A DNA stretch of 64,000 nucleotides from Prorocentrum cordatum (taxonomy: Eukaryota), in contig CAUYUJ010000184.1 in assembly GCA_963575745.1 (NCBI GenBank), positions 1 to 64,000 of the forward strand. Direction: 5' to 3'. The notes under the pieces were generated by a model. It was not told the DNA's origin and searched no databases. It saw nothing but the letters and a program-made list of their open reading frames with translations. The stretch's first letter is position 1, and every line of letters starts with the position of its first letter. The translations under genes and the position numbers were made by a program. Positions 51,212 through 63,248 of this stretch are shown one piece after another.

Positions 51212-51849
51212 AGGAACCCTAGTCCATATATCGCCATCAACCACAGTGCGACTTGTCAGCGAAGGCGGCCCTCCAGATACATCCGTCGTTTGACCCGTCG
51301 TCGGAGTCGTCGTTGCGAGTCAAGATGGAGGAGGCCGCCAACATTCTTCTTTTCATCCCTCGCATGTTGCAGGCTTGGCCGAAGCACTTGCGAGGAGAGC
51401 GAACTCCAGGCAAGCAGGATCGTCGAATTCAGCTCTCGCTGGTACATGACTGGCAACGAGCCCAGCATGTCCCTTGGCGTTGCGCAGGATGTTTTACGTT
51501 CTCGCACTCGGATGAAGCGGTATCCAAGCGTCAAACCGAGCTGTGCACACCGTTCTCAGGAGAGTTTAGGTCACGCTTACAGCTGGTACACCCCTCCCAT
51601 GCCCTCTCGGCAGCGACATGCCCAGACGGCCTCATTGTGTTTTGCGTCAGTTGTGGGATGCACACGACTTTTGTATGCAAGGGCTTGCTGGCACAGTGCC
51701 TAGGTCCACCGAAGAGTGGCAAGAGATTCACAGTGCGCAAGCGACTTCTGTCTGGCCTTCATCCAGAGGATGGCAGGCCTTTGAATGAGATTGAGCAGTT
51801 CAAGGCTCTACAGAGGAGTCAGCAGCCCAGGAAGGCCCCAGATACATAG
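51212..51849 (+). pseudogene. Severely 5'-truncated copy of a LINE related to 15950-20043 (end of RNase H + C-terminal Cys/His domain)
   Basis: AKAALQIHPSFDP, VHDW..WRCAGCFTF, VHPSH, VFCVSCG and CLGPPKSG..RLLSGLHP align with AKAAMECHPSFNP, VHDW..YRCRACFTY, IHASH, VFCLVCG and CPGRPPKSG..RLLAGKHP. Confidence 0.85.
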
Positions 51850-54161
51850 GCTGGGGTCATCGGCGCTAGCCACGTCAGAAGGCTATCGCTTCTGCCCTCG
51901 AGCAAAAATCCTTCTCCTCATCCTCCTCCTCCTCCTCTTCCTCCTCCTCCACCTCCTGCTCCTTATCGCGCCGCGCCGTGAGCGACTGGGGTCTTCGGCG
52001 ATCTTCTGAGCATGCGGTGGATCTTGGGTCTGGCGACCCCGGCCTCTGAGCACGCAGCCAGTTGATGGATGCAGGTGTCGCCGTGTAGCCGTAGCCGACT
52101 TGCTTCTCGCGTACGGCCACGACGTTAGTTTGACCGCTTGCGTTCCCCATTTTGTAGATCTTCAGTTTCGGCCAGTTGACCTCAAGGGCGCCATGGCCGT
52201 CAAAGAAACGGCTCAAGAAGAACAGACGCGGCCCAGGATGAAAAGCTTGGCCCCAGCCCTGAGGTACGACGCTGCGAAAACATCACAACATCGCGAAAAA
52301 TCACGTCTGGAACCCCGCAGCCCATACTTCTGCGCCAGCATATCCGAGCTGGATCCATCTGTGAGGGCCCCGGGGCGTAGACGCCCGTCGTGAGAGTGTT
52401 GCGACGCCCCGATCTGAGGGAGGATGGGGTCCAGACCTCTCCAGGGGCAACGATAGGGGGGGATAGGCATAGGGGGGGATAGGCATCGACGTCCAATCGC
52501 CCATTGATCGCCGGTATGGGCCCGATAGCCCCAACCTGCCCAGGAAGGTGCGGGCTCACTATCGGGGGCCGATCGCCGATCTGTCGGCGAATTCCAGGTC
52601 GATGCTTCCTCCCTCTGCCAGTCCCCCCAGATCGTTGCCCCCCACCCGTAAGACACGGCCTCCCAAGACGAAGGCCGCGCCTTACAGGAGGAGGAGGACG
52701 AGGAGGACGAGGAGGAGGAGGAGGAGGAGGAGGACGAGGAGGAGGAGGAGGAGGAGGAGGAGGAGGAGGAGGAGGAGGAGGAGGAGGCCTCCCAAGACGA
52801 AGGGTTCTATCGTTGCCCCCCCCCCCACCTCTGGGGAACCGCGCCGTCCGCGGAACCCACGCGGCCAGTTGACCTCCAGGGCGCCGCGGGCCCCCCCCCG
52901 GGCGCGGCCCGCCAATGGCCGCGGGCCGCGGCGAGAGCGCGGCGCTGGCCCGCGCGCGCACGCCGCCGGGCAGGGGCGCTCCGGGCCGGGCTGGCGCCTC
53001 CCCTCTCGTTTCCTGTCCTCCCAGACTTCCTCGCGTCGTGAAAAAATCACGACGGGAGGTTTTTCGCTATTTTCGGCCTCCGGGGGCCCTCGCCGGGCCT
53101 CGGGACCGTCAAAAAACGACTCAGGACGAAAAACCGGTCCCGGGGAAGGGGTCGGGACCTCGGGGGGTCGACGTCATGAAAAAATCATGACGTCGGGGGT
53201 CTGGGCTCCCGCTTTGTCGTTTCTGCGCTTTGGGGTTGTCGTTGCGTCCCCCTCGGCCTCGTCCTCCTCCTCCTCTCCCTCGTTTTCCCTCGTCGCCCTC
53301 CAAAAAACAACGAAAGCCGTCGTGACGCTCGGCGGGTGGTAAAAAACAAAAAAGGGGCCCCAGGGAGAGGGACGTCCGAGGCCTCTCGAGAGCCTGGCGG
53401 CTCGGCTGTGTTCGCGCCGGGCGTTTCCGCCTTCTCTCGGGCCCCGGGGCCCTCACGGGTCGATCCGGCTCGAGAGGTGACGCAGAGAGATGGGGTCCGG
53501 GCCTCCGGGCGCGGATCTTCACGATGTTGCAGTGCTTTCGCTACGTCGGATCTCAGGGCAGGGAGAGGGACGTTTGAGACGGGCGATGCCGATTCCTCAA
53601 GACCGGTCGGCTTCGCCCACAGGGTCGCCGCAGGACGCTGCCCCTCGCACGCTCCGACGTCTCAACCGCAGCGCCGCGGTCTCAGACGTCCCTGTCGCTG
53701 GCGCCCCTCGAGGAGCCGTGCCAGGCGCCACCACGCAGTGGGGGGCCGCGGGGGTGCTGCTGAGGCCGGCGAGCGGGCGCCCGGGGGAAGGGCCAAACTC
53801 GCTGCATGTGAGCCCCACGGTGGGCCTCCCCGGAGCTTCGACGCTCCTTCAGCTCCACTTGGGGGTGGCGTCAACGGGGGGGGCGAAAGTTGAGCGCGTT
53901 CGCTGGCGCGGGATCGTCTTTTTGTTTCTCGGAAGGCGGCCTGCGCACGTGAACCTCGCGAGGACCGCCACCGGAGCCCTAGAAACCCCACCTGTCTGCG
54001 TCGCTTTTCGAGCCAGGTCGATCTGTGGGGGCCCCGGGGCCCGCAGCGGGGCGGAAGCGCCCAGTGTGAAACAAATGCGGCGCCAGGATCTCAGGGTCCT
54101 CTGGCGGCGCAGCAGCGTGCCGACGCCGGTCCCGGCCGGGCCGCCCCCCCCTCCCCCTGCC

Positions 54162-54318
54162 TTAAGTCGGGCCTGTCCCTCTACAGGGGGAATATTCAAA
54201 AACAGTCAAAGAACAGTTTGGGGACTATTTCATTGTTTTTCCTATTTTTGAGCATTTTTGGAATATTAGTGGGGTCATTTTTCGTCCAAACTCATGTAGG
54301 GGGACAGGCCCGACTTAA
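54162..54318. mobile_element. MITE, TTAAGTCGGGC-type TIR, 8-bp TSD family, copy 1
   Basis: TTAAGTCGGGCCTGTCCC / GGGACAGGCCCGACTTAA; flanks CCCCTGCC / CCCCTCCC. Confidence 0.85.
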
Positions 54319-54488
54319 CCCCTCCCCCCCCCTCAAGGAAGGGAGGAAGAGCCGCCCCTGCCCCCGCGCGGAGGGGGCCCGAAGCTCGCCGTGAGCCCCG
54401 AGGTCCGAGGCTTTCGGGCCGCCTCGGGGGCTTCTGGGCGGTGTTTATGCCCTCGGGGCGCTCTCCCCGAAGCTCGCTGCGAGCCCTG

Positions 54489-54622
54489 CTTGGCATCGCT
54501 CGGACGTGTGCATTTTTTTCCTTCGGCGAGGACCATCGAGGAGCATCCTTGATCATATGGCGAAAAAGCCACGCACGAAACCGACACAAATCACAGGAAA
54601 TGGACGTCCGAGCGATGGCGAG
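54489..54622. mobile_element. MITE (CATCGCTCGGACGT TIR), copy 2
   Basis: Homologous to 27124-27258. Confidence 0.8.
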
Positions 54623-56154
54623 CCCGAGGGCCGAGGCCTTCGGGCCTCTTCGAGGGCTTCTGGGCGGTCTTCCCGGCCTCGGGGTGCTCCCCGGCGGCTG
54701 CGCCTCTCGCCGAGAGGGCCCGAGCTGCGGCCCGCGGGAGGGGGCCCAGGACGCGCTGTGAACCCCGAAAGCCGCGGCAGTTTTTCGCGCTGGGCGCTTT
54801 CGCCTGCCCTCTCCTCCTCCTCCTCCTCCTCCTCCTCCTCCTCCTCCTCCTCCTCCTCCTCCTCCTCCTCCTCCTCCTCCCCCTCCCCTCCTCCCCCTCC
54901 CCCTCCCCCTCCTCCTCCGATTGAGGAGCATTTTGGGCCCCCTGCGCCAACCATCACAGATCGATTCGACCCGATGAGGGCCGCAGGAGGATGGCTGGCC
55001 GCGCGCAGAAGGGGGGCAGGGGGAGGGGGGAAGGCTTCTTAGAAGCACCCCTGGCTTCTCAGAGGGCGCTGGCCTCGCCTGCAGATGTGAGGCCGGCGCC
55101 TCCTGAGGAGCACGCCGCCAAGGGGAGGTCTGGGGCTCTTGTCGTGACTTCTCTCGGTGCTGCATGTTTTTTTTCGCGACGTCGGATCTCAGGTGGGGCC
55201 AGAGCCCCACATGAAGCGAGCGGGTCCTGAGGGGAGCCGGGCCCCGAGTCTTGCCCGCCGTCTTCGGGCTCGCGGGGCTCTCTCCGGGACACGGGGCCCT
55301 CAGAAAGCGGCTCCGGATGAAGATCGGGGGCCCCCAAACGGTGTGGTGACCACACCGTGCGGTGAGTCGGTGGGGGTGCGGGGTCACCGCACGGTTTTGG
55401 GACTCGAGCCGTTCTCCGAGGATGTCTCGGGCGACAGGGGCCTTCAGGGTCCCAAGACCGTGCGGTGACGGACCGTGCGGTGAGTTCTTGCGGGATTGCG
55501 AGGCCACCGCACGGTCTGTCACCGCACCGTTTCGGGACTCCAGAGAAGAGCTGGTCTTGTGGGGGAAACGTAAGACTCGAGTAGGCCAGAACCCGGGTTT
55601 GCGGACGTTTTTGGGCCGAGCTCGTCCTGGATTCTGAAGGCCCAGTTTTCGTGGGACGTCTGCAGTGCGGGAGCCCGCGCAAAATTTCAGACTGGGTCGC
55701 GTCATTTTTGTGATGGCCCTGTCAGACCAACCCGAGGAATGGTATGACAGGAGATGTTCTTCACCACATGAGCGTCTGCTGGTTTTCACCCGCCTGTGCC
55801 CCAAGCGGCCGCCCCTTCGCGGGCATACAGGCTTTACCCTTGACCCCCTTGTCGGACCAACCCGAGTCCCCCTAGCCCGAGTCTTACGTCTCCCCGATCT
55901 TGGGGGAAGGCCCCTGGGGTCCAGGACCCGTTTCGCTTCAGGGCCCGCTTCCTTCATGGCAGAAGCCCCACCGGCGCGCCGACACTCAGTATCGCTTCTC
56001 CGACCCCCATCCCCATCCCCATCCCCTTCGAGACTCCCACCAAATCACCCCCCCAGTTGGGGATACACCCCTCGAAACCCGAAGAGGACGGTCTATACCC
56101 CCCCCCATCCAGGGGGGTAGATCGGCCAGTGGGGCCCAGGCCACGCCGCTGGGG

Positions 56155-56313
56155 TTAAGTTGGGCACGTCCCTCTACAGAAGGCATCTTCAAAAATAGTC
56201 AAAAAAATATGGGGACGCTTTTTTGACTATGTTTGCCCATTTGTGGTGTATTTTTTGAAGATGATTTTCATTTTTTCCCCAAACCCCCCTGTAGGGGGAC
56301 ACGCCCGACTTCA
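56155..56313. mobile_element. MITE, 8-bp TSD family, copy 2
   Basis: TSD CGCTGGGG on both sides. Confidence 0.85.
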
Positions 56314-57063
56314 CGCTGGGGATGGGGATCGGTTCAACGATGCTCAGACACCGGTCCTGGCCAGGCTGCTCCTGGGCCCACGCCGAGAGGGAGGAACAGC
56401 CACCCCAGCCCCCACGTGGGCGGCGCGCCCGAGGTCGTGGCGGTCGCAGGCCCAGAGGTGGACACCAACGCCGATCTCGGCGGTGTTCCTCCACCGAGGG
56501 AAGAAGATCCCGATCTCGGTGATGGTGGCAATCTTCTGGCTGCACAGGTGCCCGAAGCATTACCACCAACGCCGAAGTCCAGGATCCTCTTCCCCCTGCG
56601 GAGAGAGGCAACCCCCTGCGTTGGTGCTGGTGCCCATTTCGGGGCCTCCAACGGTGGGACGCAGCCAGGGGGGCCGGCCTGCTCAGAAGGCGGCGGCGGC
56701 GGGGGCTTCTCAGAGGCCCTCGCGCCTTCTGGCCTCTTTCGGCCTCCTCTGATAAAACAGGGCTAGGATCGGGATAAATCGCTCCAGAGCGTTCCGGAGC
56801 GCTCCCAGAGCGTTCCGGAACGCTCTGGAGCGGCCGCGGCGCCCAATGCATCTTCCGAACCCGCCGATCCTCAGAGGTTTCGAGTCATCTATCAAAAAAG
56901 CTCCGTCTTGATTTTTTCAATACGTTGGATCTCTGGGTCTGAGAGCCGCAGGGGGGCTTCTCAGAACTCGCGAGGGCTTCCGAGAAGCCCCGCCGCCTTC
57001 TGACACGGCCGACCCCGTCTGCCTTCCCCTCCCTTGGGCCTGGCGCTTTCACTGACAAAAAGT

Positions 57064-57224
57064 CAGGAGGGAAAAAAACACACAGACACAATTAATCCTC
57101 GATTCCCCAGAAAATATGGGAAAATATGGGAAGTGGGGGGGAAGACAGAAACCCAGAAAATATAGGAAAATATGGGGAATACTTTTATTTGTGTGTATTT
57201 ATTTGTGTGTCCCGGGGCCCCTTC
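57064..57224 (+). mobile_element. ~150-bp CAGGAGGG...GGGGCCCCTTCA element
   Basis: Homologous to 27925-28091 and 30544-30678; AAAAGT occurs near both junctions. Confidence 0.75.
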
Positions 57225-58808
57225 AGAAAAGTCTTGCCCTGTTCGATTCCTCCCTTTGGTGCGTTTTCTGCGGCGTTGCGTACAGTCGGACCGAGATTTT
57301 TGATCGAGGTCGGCCTGGGGAGGGCATCATCTTAATGCGCTTCGTGTCTGCTGGATGCCCTTGTGCACCCCGGGGAGGGCACCCTGGGATGCTCTGTGTG
57401 TTCTGGCCGGCGGAGGGCCTCGTGTTCTTGGGGGATGTTATTCTGGCCTAGGTCCAACTGTATGTAGGGGTGGGTTGTGTGGATGCTGGCCCCCTTGTAG
57501 GAGGAGGAGGAGGAGGAGGAGGAGGAGGAGGCGGAGGAGGAGGAGGAGGAGGAGGAGGAGGAGGAGGACGACGGGGGGAGGAGGAGGAGGAGGAGGAGGA
57601 GGAGGAGGAGGAGGAGGAGGAGGAGGAGGACGAGGAGGACGAGGACGAGGAGGACGAGGAGGAGGAGGCTGGCCCCCTTGTAATCGCCGATCCTGAGCCC
57701 CAGAGGGCCCCACCTCGCGCAGACCCGCCGATGGCAAACAGCCTGTGCCGGCCCTCGTGTCGCACCACCTGCGTCGTCTGCTGAAGGGCTCTGGCGGACA
57801 ACCCTGAGATCCGCCTTCGCGGAAACATTGCAGCCTCCTGCAAAATCACAACCAGAGCCCCAGACCCAGACCCCAGAATCACGAGCGGGAAGTTTTGCGC
57901 AGTTTTCGGCCTCCAGAGGCCTTTTCCGGCCCTCGGAGCCGTCACAAAACGACTCAGGTTGGAAAACCGGTCCTGGGGAAGGAGTCGAGACCTTTGGGGG
58001 TCGACGTGGTGAGAAAGTCACGACGTCGGGGGTCTGGGGGCCCGGCTTTTGTCAAGCGGGATCGCAGTGTGATGGCCCTGGAGCTCGCAGTTGGACGAGA
58101 GCGCCCGGTGCGAAACAACGGCCCCCTGGGATCTCGGGACGGGCGCGCGTTCTGCGGGCCCTGCTGGCTCTGGCATGCCCCGATGTGATCTTCCAGTCCG
58201 CGACCACAGTGGTCCCGACTCCAGACACGATCGCGTCGTGACAACAAGTCAGGGCGGCAAGTTGTTCGCTATTGTCGGCCCCTTTGGGGCCCTCGCCGGG
58301 CCCCGGGACCGGCAACAAAACGACTCAGGATGAAACACCGGCCCTGGGGAAAGGGTCTGGACTTCGGGGACGCCGCGCCGAAACCAGCCACGCGCAGAGG
58401 GGGGTGGGGGGAGCGGGGAGGGCTTCTTAGAAGCACCCCTGCGTCTTGGAAGGCGCGGGCCTTATCTATAAATGTGAGGCCGGCGCCCTCTAAGGAGCAG
58501 CCTCCCTCTAAGAAGCCCTCCCCCCATGTGGCGTCCACCTGGCCATCCTACCCAGAGATCCTGACATCTCTCTGTTTTCGAACCGCTCCTCCTCCTCCTC
58601 CTCCTCCTCCTCCTCCTCCTCCTCCTCCTCCTCCTCGTCCTCCTCGTCCTCCACCCCCACGTGCGCACCGCCAACGGAAGCGGCAGGACGTCGCACGTCT
58701 GGGACCACTTCCCCCTGGGGGCAGCCTCGCGCCCCGGGCCCCCTGCTGAGGGCCGCGCGGCCCAGACCCCTCTGCTTGGAGGGCCCCGGAGGCCGACCTC
58801 GAGGATCA

Positions 58809-59156
58809 CCACCACCAAACCACCCCAACCCAACCCCCCAGAGATCCAACGTATTGAAAAAATCAAGACGGAGCTTTTTTGATATTTTCGGCCCTCGGTG
58901 GCCTTCGCCGGGCCTCGGGACCGTCAAAAAACGACTCAGGATGAAAAACCGGTCCTGGGGAACGGGTCGGGACTTCCGGGGACCCCGTATTGAAAAAATC
59001 ACGACATCGGATCTCTGGGCCGAAGGCTCAGATTTACCCTCGATTTCTAAGTGGGGGGGGGGGTCGGGAAACATCGAGAAAGCACGCGTGGAACCCGTAC
59101 CCCCCCCAACCCGAAATTCGGGTCTTCGGGTTGGGTTGGGGTGGTCTGGCAGGTAG
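58809..59156. mobile_element. TCA-flanked MITE family member with a larger interior
   Basis: Ends homologous to 15465-15635. Confidence 0.65.
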
Positions 59157-59187
59157 TCAGAGGAAGAGTCGCACGGGGCCAGTACGC

Positions 59188-59352
59188 GTAAGTCGAGCGT
59201 GTCCCCCTACAGGGGGATTTTGGGGCGAGAAATAGCAAATACGTACTCCAAAAATACCCCCCAAATGAGCAGAAAGAGTACACAAATCGCCCCCAGGCTA
59301 TTTTTTAACTATTTTTGAATACTCCCCCCGTAGAGGGACAGGCCCGACATAA
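59188..59352. mobile_element. MITE, 8-bp TSD family, copy 3
   Basis: TSD CAGTACGC on both sides. Confidence 0.85.
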
Positions 59353-60367
59353 CAGTACGCGCCCGACTGGGAAGCGGAAAAGCAGGTCGCACCAAGAGCA
59401 GGAAAGCAGGACGCGCGGGGCCAGGACGAGGAGACATCCGTTCCAGAGCCTTCCGGAACGCTCGCAGAGCGCTCCAGAGCGCTCCGAGAGGGCTCGGCGC
59501 CCGAGACCTCCTCCTGAGCCGCCGGATCTCAGAGATTCTCGAGTTACATCCTCACTCGATGTTCTCCTCGTCCTGGCCTCGTCTTAGAAAGCGCCCAGGC
59601 TGAAACACCATGTCGTCGACGATGCCCTGATGTCCGAAGTTGCGAAGACATTGCAGCATCGCAAGCGATCTCGGAAAGGAGGAGGAGGAGGAGGAGGAGG
59701 ACGACGAGGAGGAGGAGGAGGAGGAGGCTGGCCCCCTTGTAATCGCCGATCCTGAGTCCCAGACCACATCTTTCTGCCTCACTTGCCGAGCCGGGTCGAT
59801 CTATGAGGGCCCCGGGGCCCGAAACGGGGCGGAGGCGCCCGGCTCGAAAAGAGTGCGACGCCAGGATCCCGGGGTCCGGGGACCCCGGGATTTCCAAGGA
59901 GCCCCCCACGGCTCCCAGCGAAACATCAGGAGGCCACAGAGGCGAAACCTGCCCCACCACCCCACGCTTTCTGAGTGAACCCCACCTCCCCCCTCAGAAA
60001 TCGTGGGGTGTTGGGACGTGGCGAAAAAATTGCAACATCGTGAAAATCCGCGCCCAGAGCCCCGGACCCCATCTTTCTGCGTCATGTCTCGAGCCGGATC
60101 GATCTGTGAGGGCCCCGGGGCCCGAAACAAGGCGAAATCGCCCGGCGCGAGAAAATTGAGTCGCCAGCATCTCAGGGTCTGGACTTCCAGGGACGCCGCG
60201 CTGAAAACATCACGACGTCGCATGTCTGGGACCATTTCTCCAGGCAGGGGGCTAGCCTTGCGCCCCGGGCCCGTCCCTCTACAGGAGGAATATTCCAAAC
60301 TGAGAGAAACAATAGTCTGGGGACTTCTTTTTTTGGTATGTTTTATGCATTTGGGACTATGTTTTGA

Positions 60368-60406
<39 letters not shown>

Positions 60407-61029
60407 AAAAACAGAAAGCAAAAACAAAACAAAAAAAAACATCGAAAATCCCCCTGCAGGCGCGGCCCCCTGCCGCGGCGGGACCGGGCGAGGCCGCGGC
60501 AGGGCTGCCGGGGCCCCGGCGCCGAGCCCGAGGCCGCGGCCGGCGCCGGCGGCGCGCGGCTGGAGCCCGTCGAGGGCTACGCGGGCCACGGCCGCCTCCC
60601 GGGAAGGCCCGCAGAGGCTGGCGCGGGCCACGGGGCGTTCGTCGGGGCTGCGCTGCTCCTGCCTCCTGCCTGCCTCCTGCCTGCCTCCTGCTCCTCCTCC
60701 TCCTCCTCCTCCTCCTGCTCCTCCTGCTCCTCCTCCTCCTCCTCCTCCTGCTCCTCCTCCTCCTCCTCTCCTCCTCCTCCTCCTTCCTCCTCCTCCTCCT
60801 CCTCCTCCTCCTCCTCCTCCTCCTCCTCCTCCTCCTACCTCCTCCTGCTCCTCCTCCTGCTCCTCCTCCTCCTCCTCCTGCCTCCTCCTCCTTCCTCCTC
60901 CTCCTCCTCCTCCTCCTCCTCCTCCTCCTCCCCTCCTCCTCCTCCTGGCCTTCCCGGCCTTCCCGGAAGGCCGCGCGGGCCGTCCTTCCCGAGGGCGCCT
61001 GCGCCCGCAGCGTCCCTCAGGGCCTGGCT

Positions 61030-61223
61030 TTAAGTCGGGCGTGTCCCCCTACAGGGGGATTTTCGACGAAAAATAGAAAATACTCAAAAAGTACCCCCAG
61101 AAGGTAAAACAATACTCGAAGAATAGTCCCCAGACTATTTTTGGATAATTGTTTGATTATTTTTGGGGTAATTGTGGCATTTTTCTTGGAAAATCCCCCT
61201 GTAGGGGGACACGCCCGACATAA
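61030..61223. mobile_element. MITE, 8-bp TSD family, copy 4
   Basis: TSD GCCTGGCT on both sides; ~35-bp TIR. Confidence 0.9.
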
Positions 61224-61293
61224 GCCTGGCTCGGCCCTCCGGGAAGAGCCAGGAAGGCCGCGCGGGCCTGCGAGAGATCAGGGGCAGCGTTAG

Positions 61294-61424
61294 TCAACGA
61301 GCGCGTTCCACTACTCGCAAAGTAACTACTCGCAAATGGCTACGATAAATTACACCAAATCGGACATGTGTTCGTCGGACATTTGCGAGTAGGCACTTTG
61401 CGAGTAGTGGAACGCGCTCGGTGA
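61294..61424. mobile_element. MITE with a 26-bp perfect TIR core and 5-bp TSD
   Basis: CGAGCGCGTTCCACTACTCGCAAAGT (61298-61323) / ACTTTGCGAGTAGTGGAACGCGCTCG (61395-61420); GTTAG at 61289-61293 and 61425-61429. Confidence 0.9.
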
Positions 61425-61471
61425 GTTAGGGGCGATGGGCTCAGGGGGGACGCATCGACCCCCAACCGCCG

Positions 61472-61605
61472 ACTGATCGCCGACGGGCCTGAAAGCCCGA
61501 GCCACCCAGGAACGCCCGGTTTCGCTACCGGGGGCCCAACTGATCGCCGACGGGCCTGAAAGCCCAAGCCACCCAGGAACGCCCGGTTTCGCTACCGGGG
61601 GCCCA
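61472..61605. repeat. 2x 67-bp tandem duplication
   Basis: ACTGATCGCCGACGGGCCTGAAAGCCC...GGGGGCCCA twice. Confidence 0.9.
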
Positions 61606-62723
61606 CCGCCGATCTATCGGCGATGTATCGCCGATTCGAGCTCGATGTTTCTCCCTGAGCCGGTCCCCTGGTGGTTTTCGGGCCTCCAGCTGCCGTACGG
61701 GAACAATCCGGGTGCCCCCGGAACGCTCTCCGTGAGGCGCAGCCGTTGGAAGGCATCCCAAGGCTGAAAAGCCGCCGAGAACCAACGAAAACGTTCGAAA
61801 ACCACGAACCTCGAAACTTCCCAGCCCCTCAGCTCGGATGCAACTCCTGTGAGGTCGAATTCTGATTTGCCCTGGTCCGAAATCCAGCTTCATATGGGTC
61901 GATCCCGCTGAAGCTGGCTTAATCCCGCTTAATCCGACATAATCCCGCTTACAATCCGAGGCCCACTCCGGCGCGACAGCCCCCCACTGAGGCTTCATCC
62001 TCCTCAATCCCTCCGACGAAGACCTCCCAGCAGATGCCTCCTAGCCTCAGGAGTGCCGCCCTGCGGGCCGTGCCGCTCGTGCACTGAATACGGGGTCCGG
62101 GGACACACGCACACACACAAGCAGACACAACTCCCAGGATTCTCCAGATTTCCCCCTAATTTCTGGAGCTTCGTCTTCCCCCTCCACTTCCCACATGTGA
62201 TTTTTGTTTTCCTGGGACGCGACGCTTCTGTGTGTCTGTGTGTGTTTCCCAGTCCGTGCCCGTGCCGCCCTGCTGGCCTCCCCGGCCCTCCGGGAGGAGC
62301 CCGCCGAGGCGCGCGAGGCCAGGGCCGGCCTCGCCCGCGCCAGCAGTGCCCTCGCGCCGCCCCAGGGATTCGCCAGGGCGCCTCTCCGGCGAGCCGCCCG
62401 CGCCCGTCGGCGATAGTATTGGCCTCCTCCTCCTCCTCCTCCTCCTCCTCCTCCTCCTCCTCCTTCCTCCTCCCTCCTCCCTCCTCCCTCCTCCCTCCTC
62501 CCTCCTCCCTCCTCCCTCCTCTCCTCCTCCTCCCTCCTCCTCCTCCTCCTCCCTCCTCCCTCTCCTCCTCCTCCTCCTCCTCCTCCTCGTCCTCCTCCTC
62601 CTCCTCCTCCTCCTCCTCCTCCTCCTCCTCCTGCTTCTTCTATTCTCTGTGAGCAAGCTCCTGCTGTCTCCGCAGCTTCTCTGCCCAGGGCGCCCCCCCA
62701 TCGGCCGCGCGTGCGGGCGCCTT

Positions 62724-63248
62724 ATGCAGGCGGTCGTACAAGCGGCTCTCGGGGGCGCTGGGGAGATCTTCTTCAGGGGGCTGCGGGCCGCGCTCTACGA
62801 GCGGCTCGTGGCTGCCCCCTTCTCTGTACTCCAGGACCAAGGGCCTCCTGTGCCTGCTTGGTCCATCCAGCAGGCGGACTCGTCTGAGGGCGAGGGGGCT
62901 TTCTGCCCCCTCCCCTCGGCGGGTTCTGCCTGCCCCACCGTCTGCCTCGGGCTGGCGGTGGATCTGAGCGGCGGGGTCTCTCCCTGGCTGCTCAGCACGG
63001 TCGTCGCCCTTCTCTGGGCGACGGCCGCGTGCAGCGCCTGCGCAGGCTGCTGCTTCGGGCTGTGGGGCCCGTACGTGGGGCGGAGGCTCAGGGCTTCCGC
63101 CTGGCCGCGCGGTGCTGGTCCTGCTTCGCTGGAGCAGGACCGCCGCGCGGCGCGAGCGCTGGCCTACGGGGTTCCGCCTCGGCCCCGAGCGCTCGAGCGG
63201 GCTGACGCCCAGCATTCGGGCGCCAGCTCCCACAGCAGCGCCCATTGA
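62724..63248 (+). CDS. 174-aa hypothetical protein with a hydrophobic, possibly transmembrane segment
   Basis: ATG at 62724 within track ORF 62232..63248; segment VSPWLLSTVVALLWATAACSACAGCCFGLWG; its stop overlaps the next ATG (TGATG). Confidence 0.45.
   Translation: MQAVVQAALGGAGEIFFRGLRAALYERLVAAPFSVLQDQGPPVPAWSIQQADSSEGEGAFCPLPSAGSACPTVCLGLAVDLSGGVSPWLLSTVVALLWATAACSACAGCCFGLWGPYVGRRLRASAWPRGAGPASLEQDRRAARALAYGVPPRPRALERADAQHSGASSHSSAH

Larger units (their letters stand above)
50060..60240. repeat. Cluster of degenerate copies of a complex GC-rich dispersed repeat (both orientations)
   Basis: Recurring GATCTGTGAGGGCCCCGGGGC (52357, 60101; variants 50152, 54020, 59798) and AAAACGACTCAGG(A/T) (~53113, 57946, 58317, 58928). 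Confidence 0.7.

Noticed and set aside
54275..55957. 560-aa minus-strand ORF and similar long Arg/Pro/Gly ORFs at 48-61 kb
   Set aside because: It crosses MITEs and microsatellites, has low complexity and no motifs, so it is a GC-content artefact.
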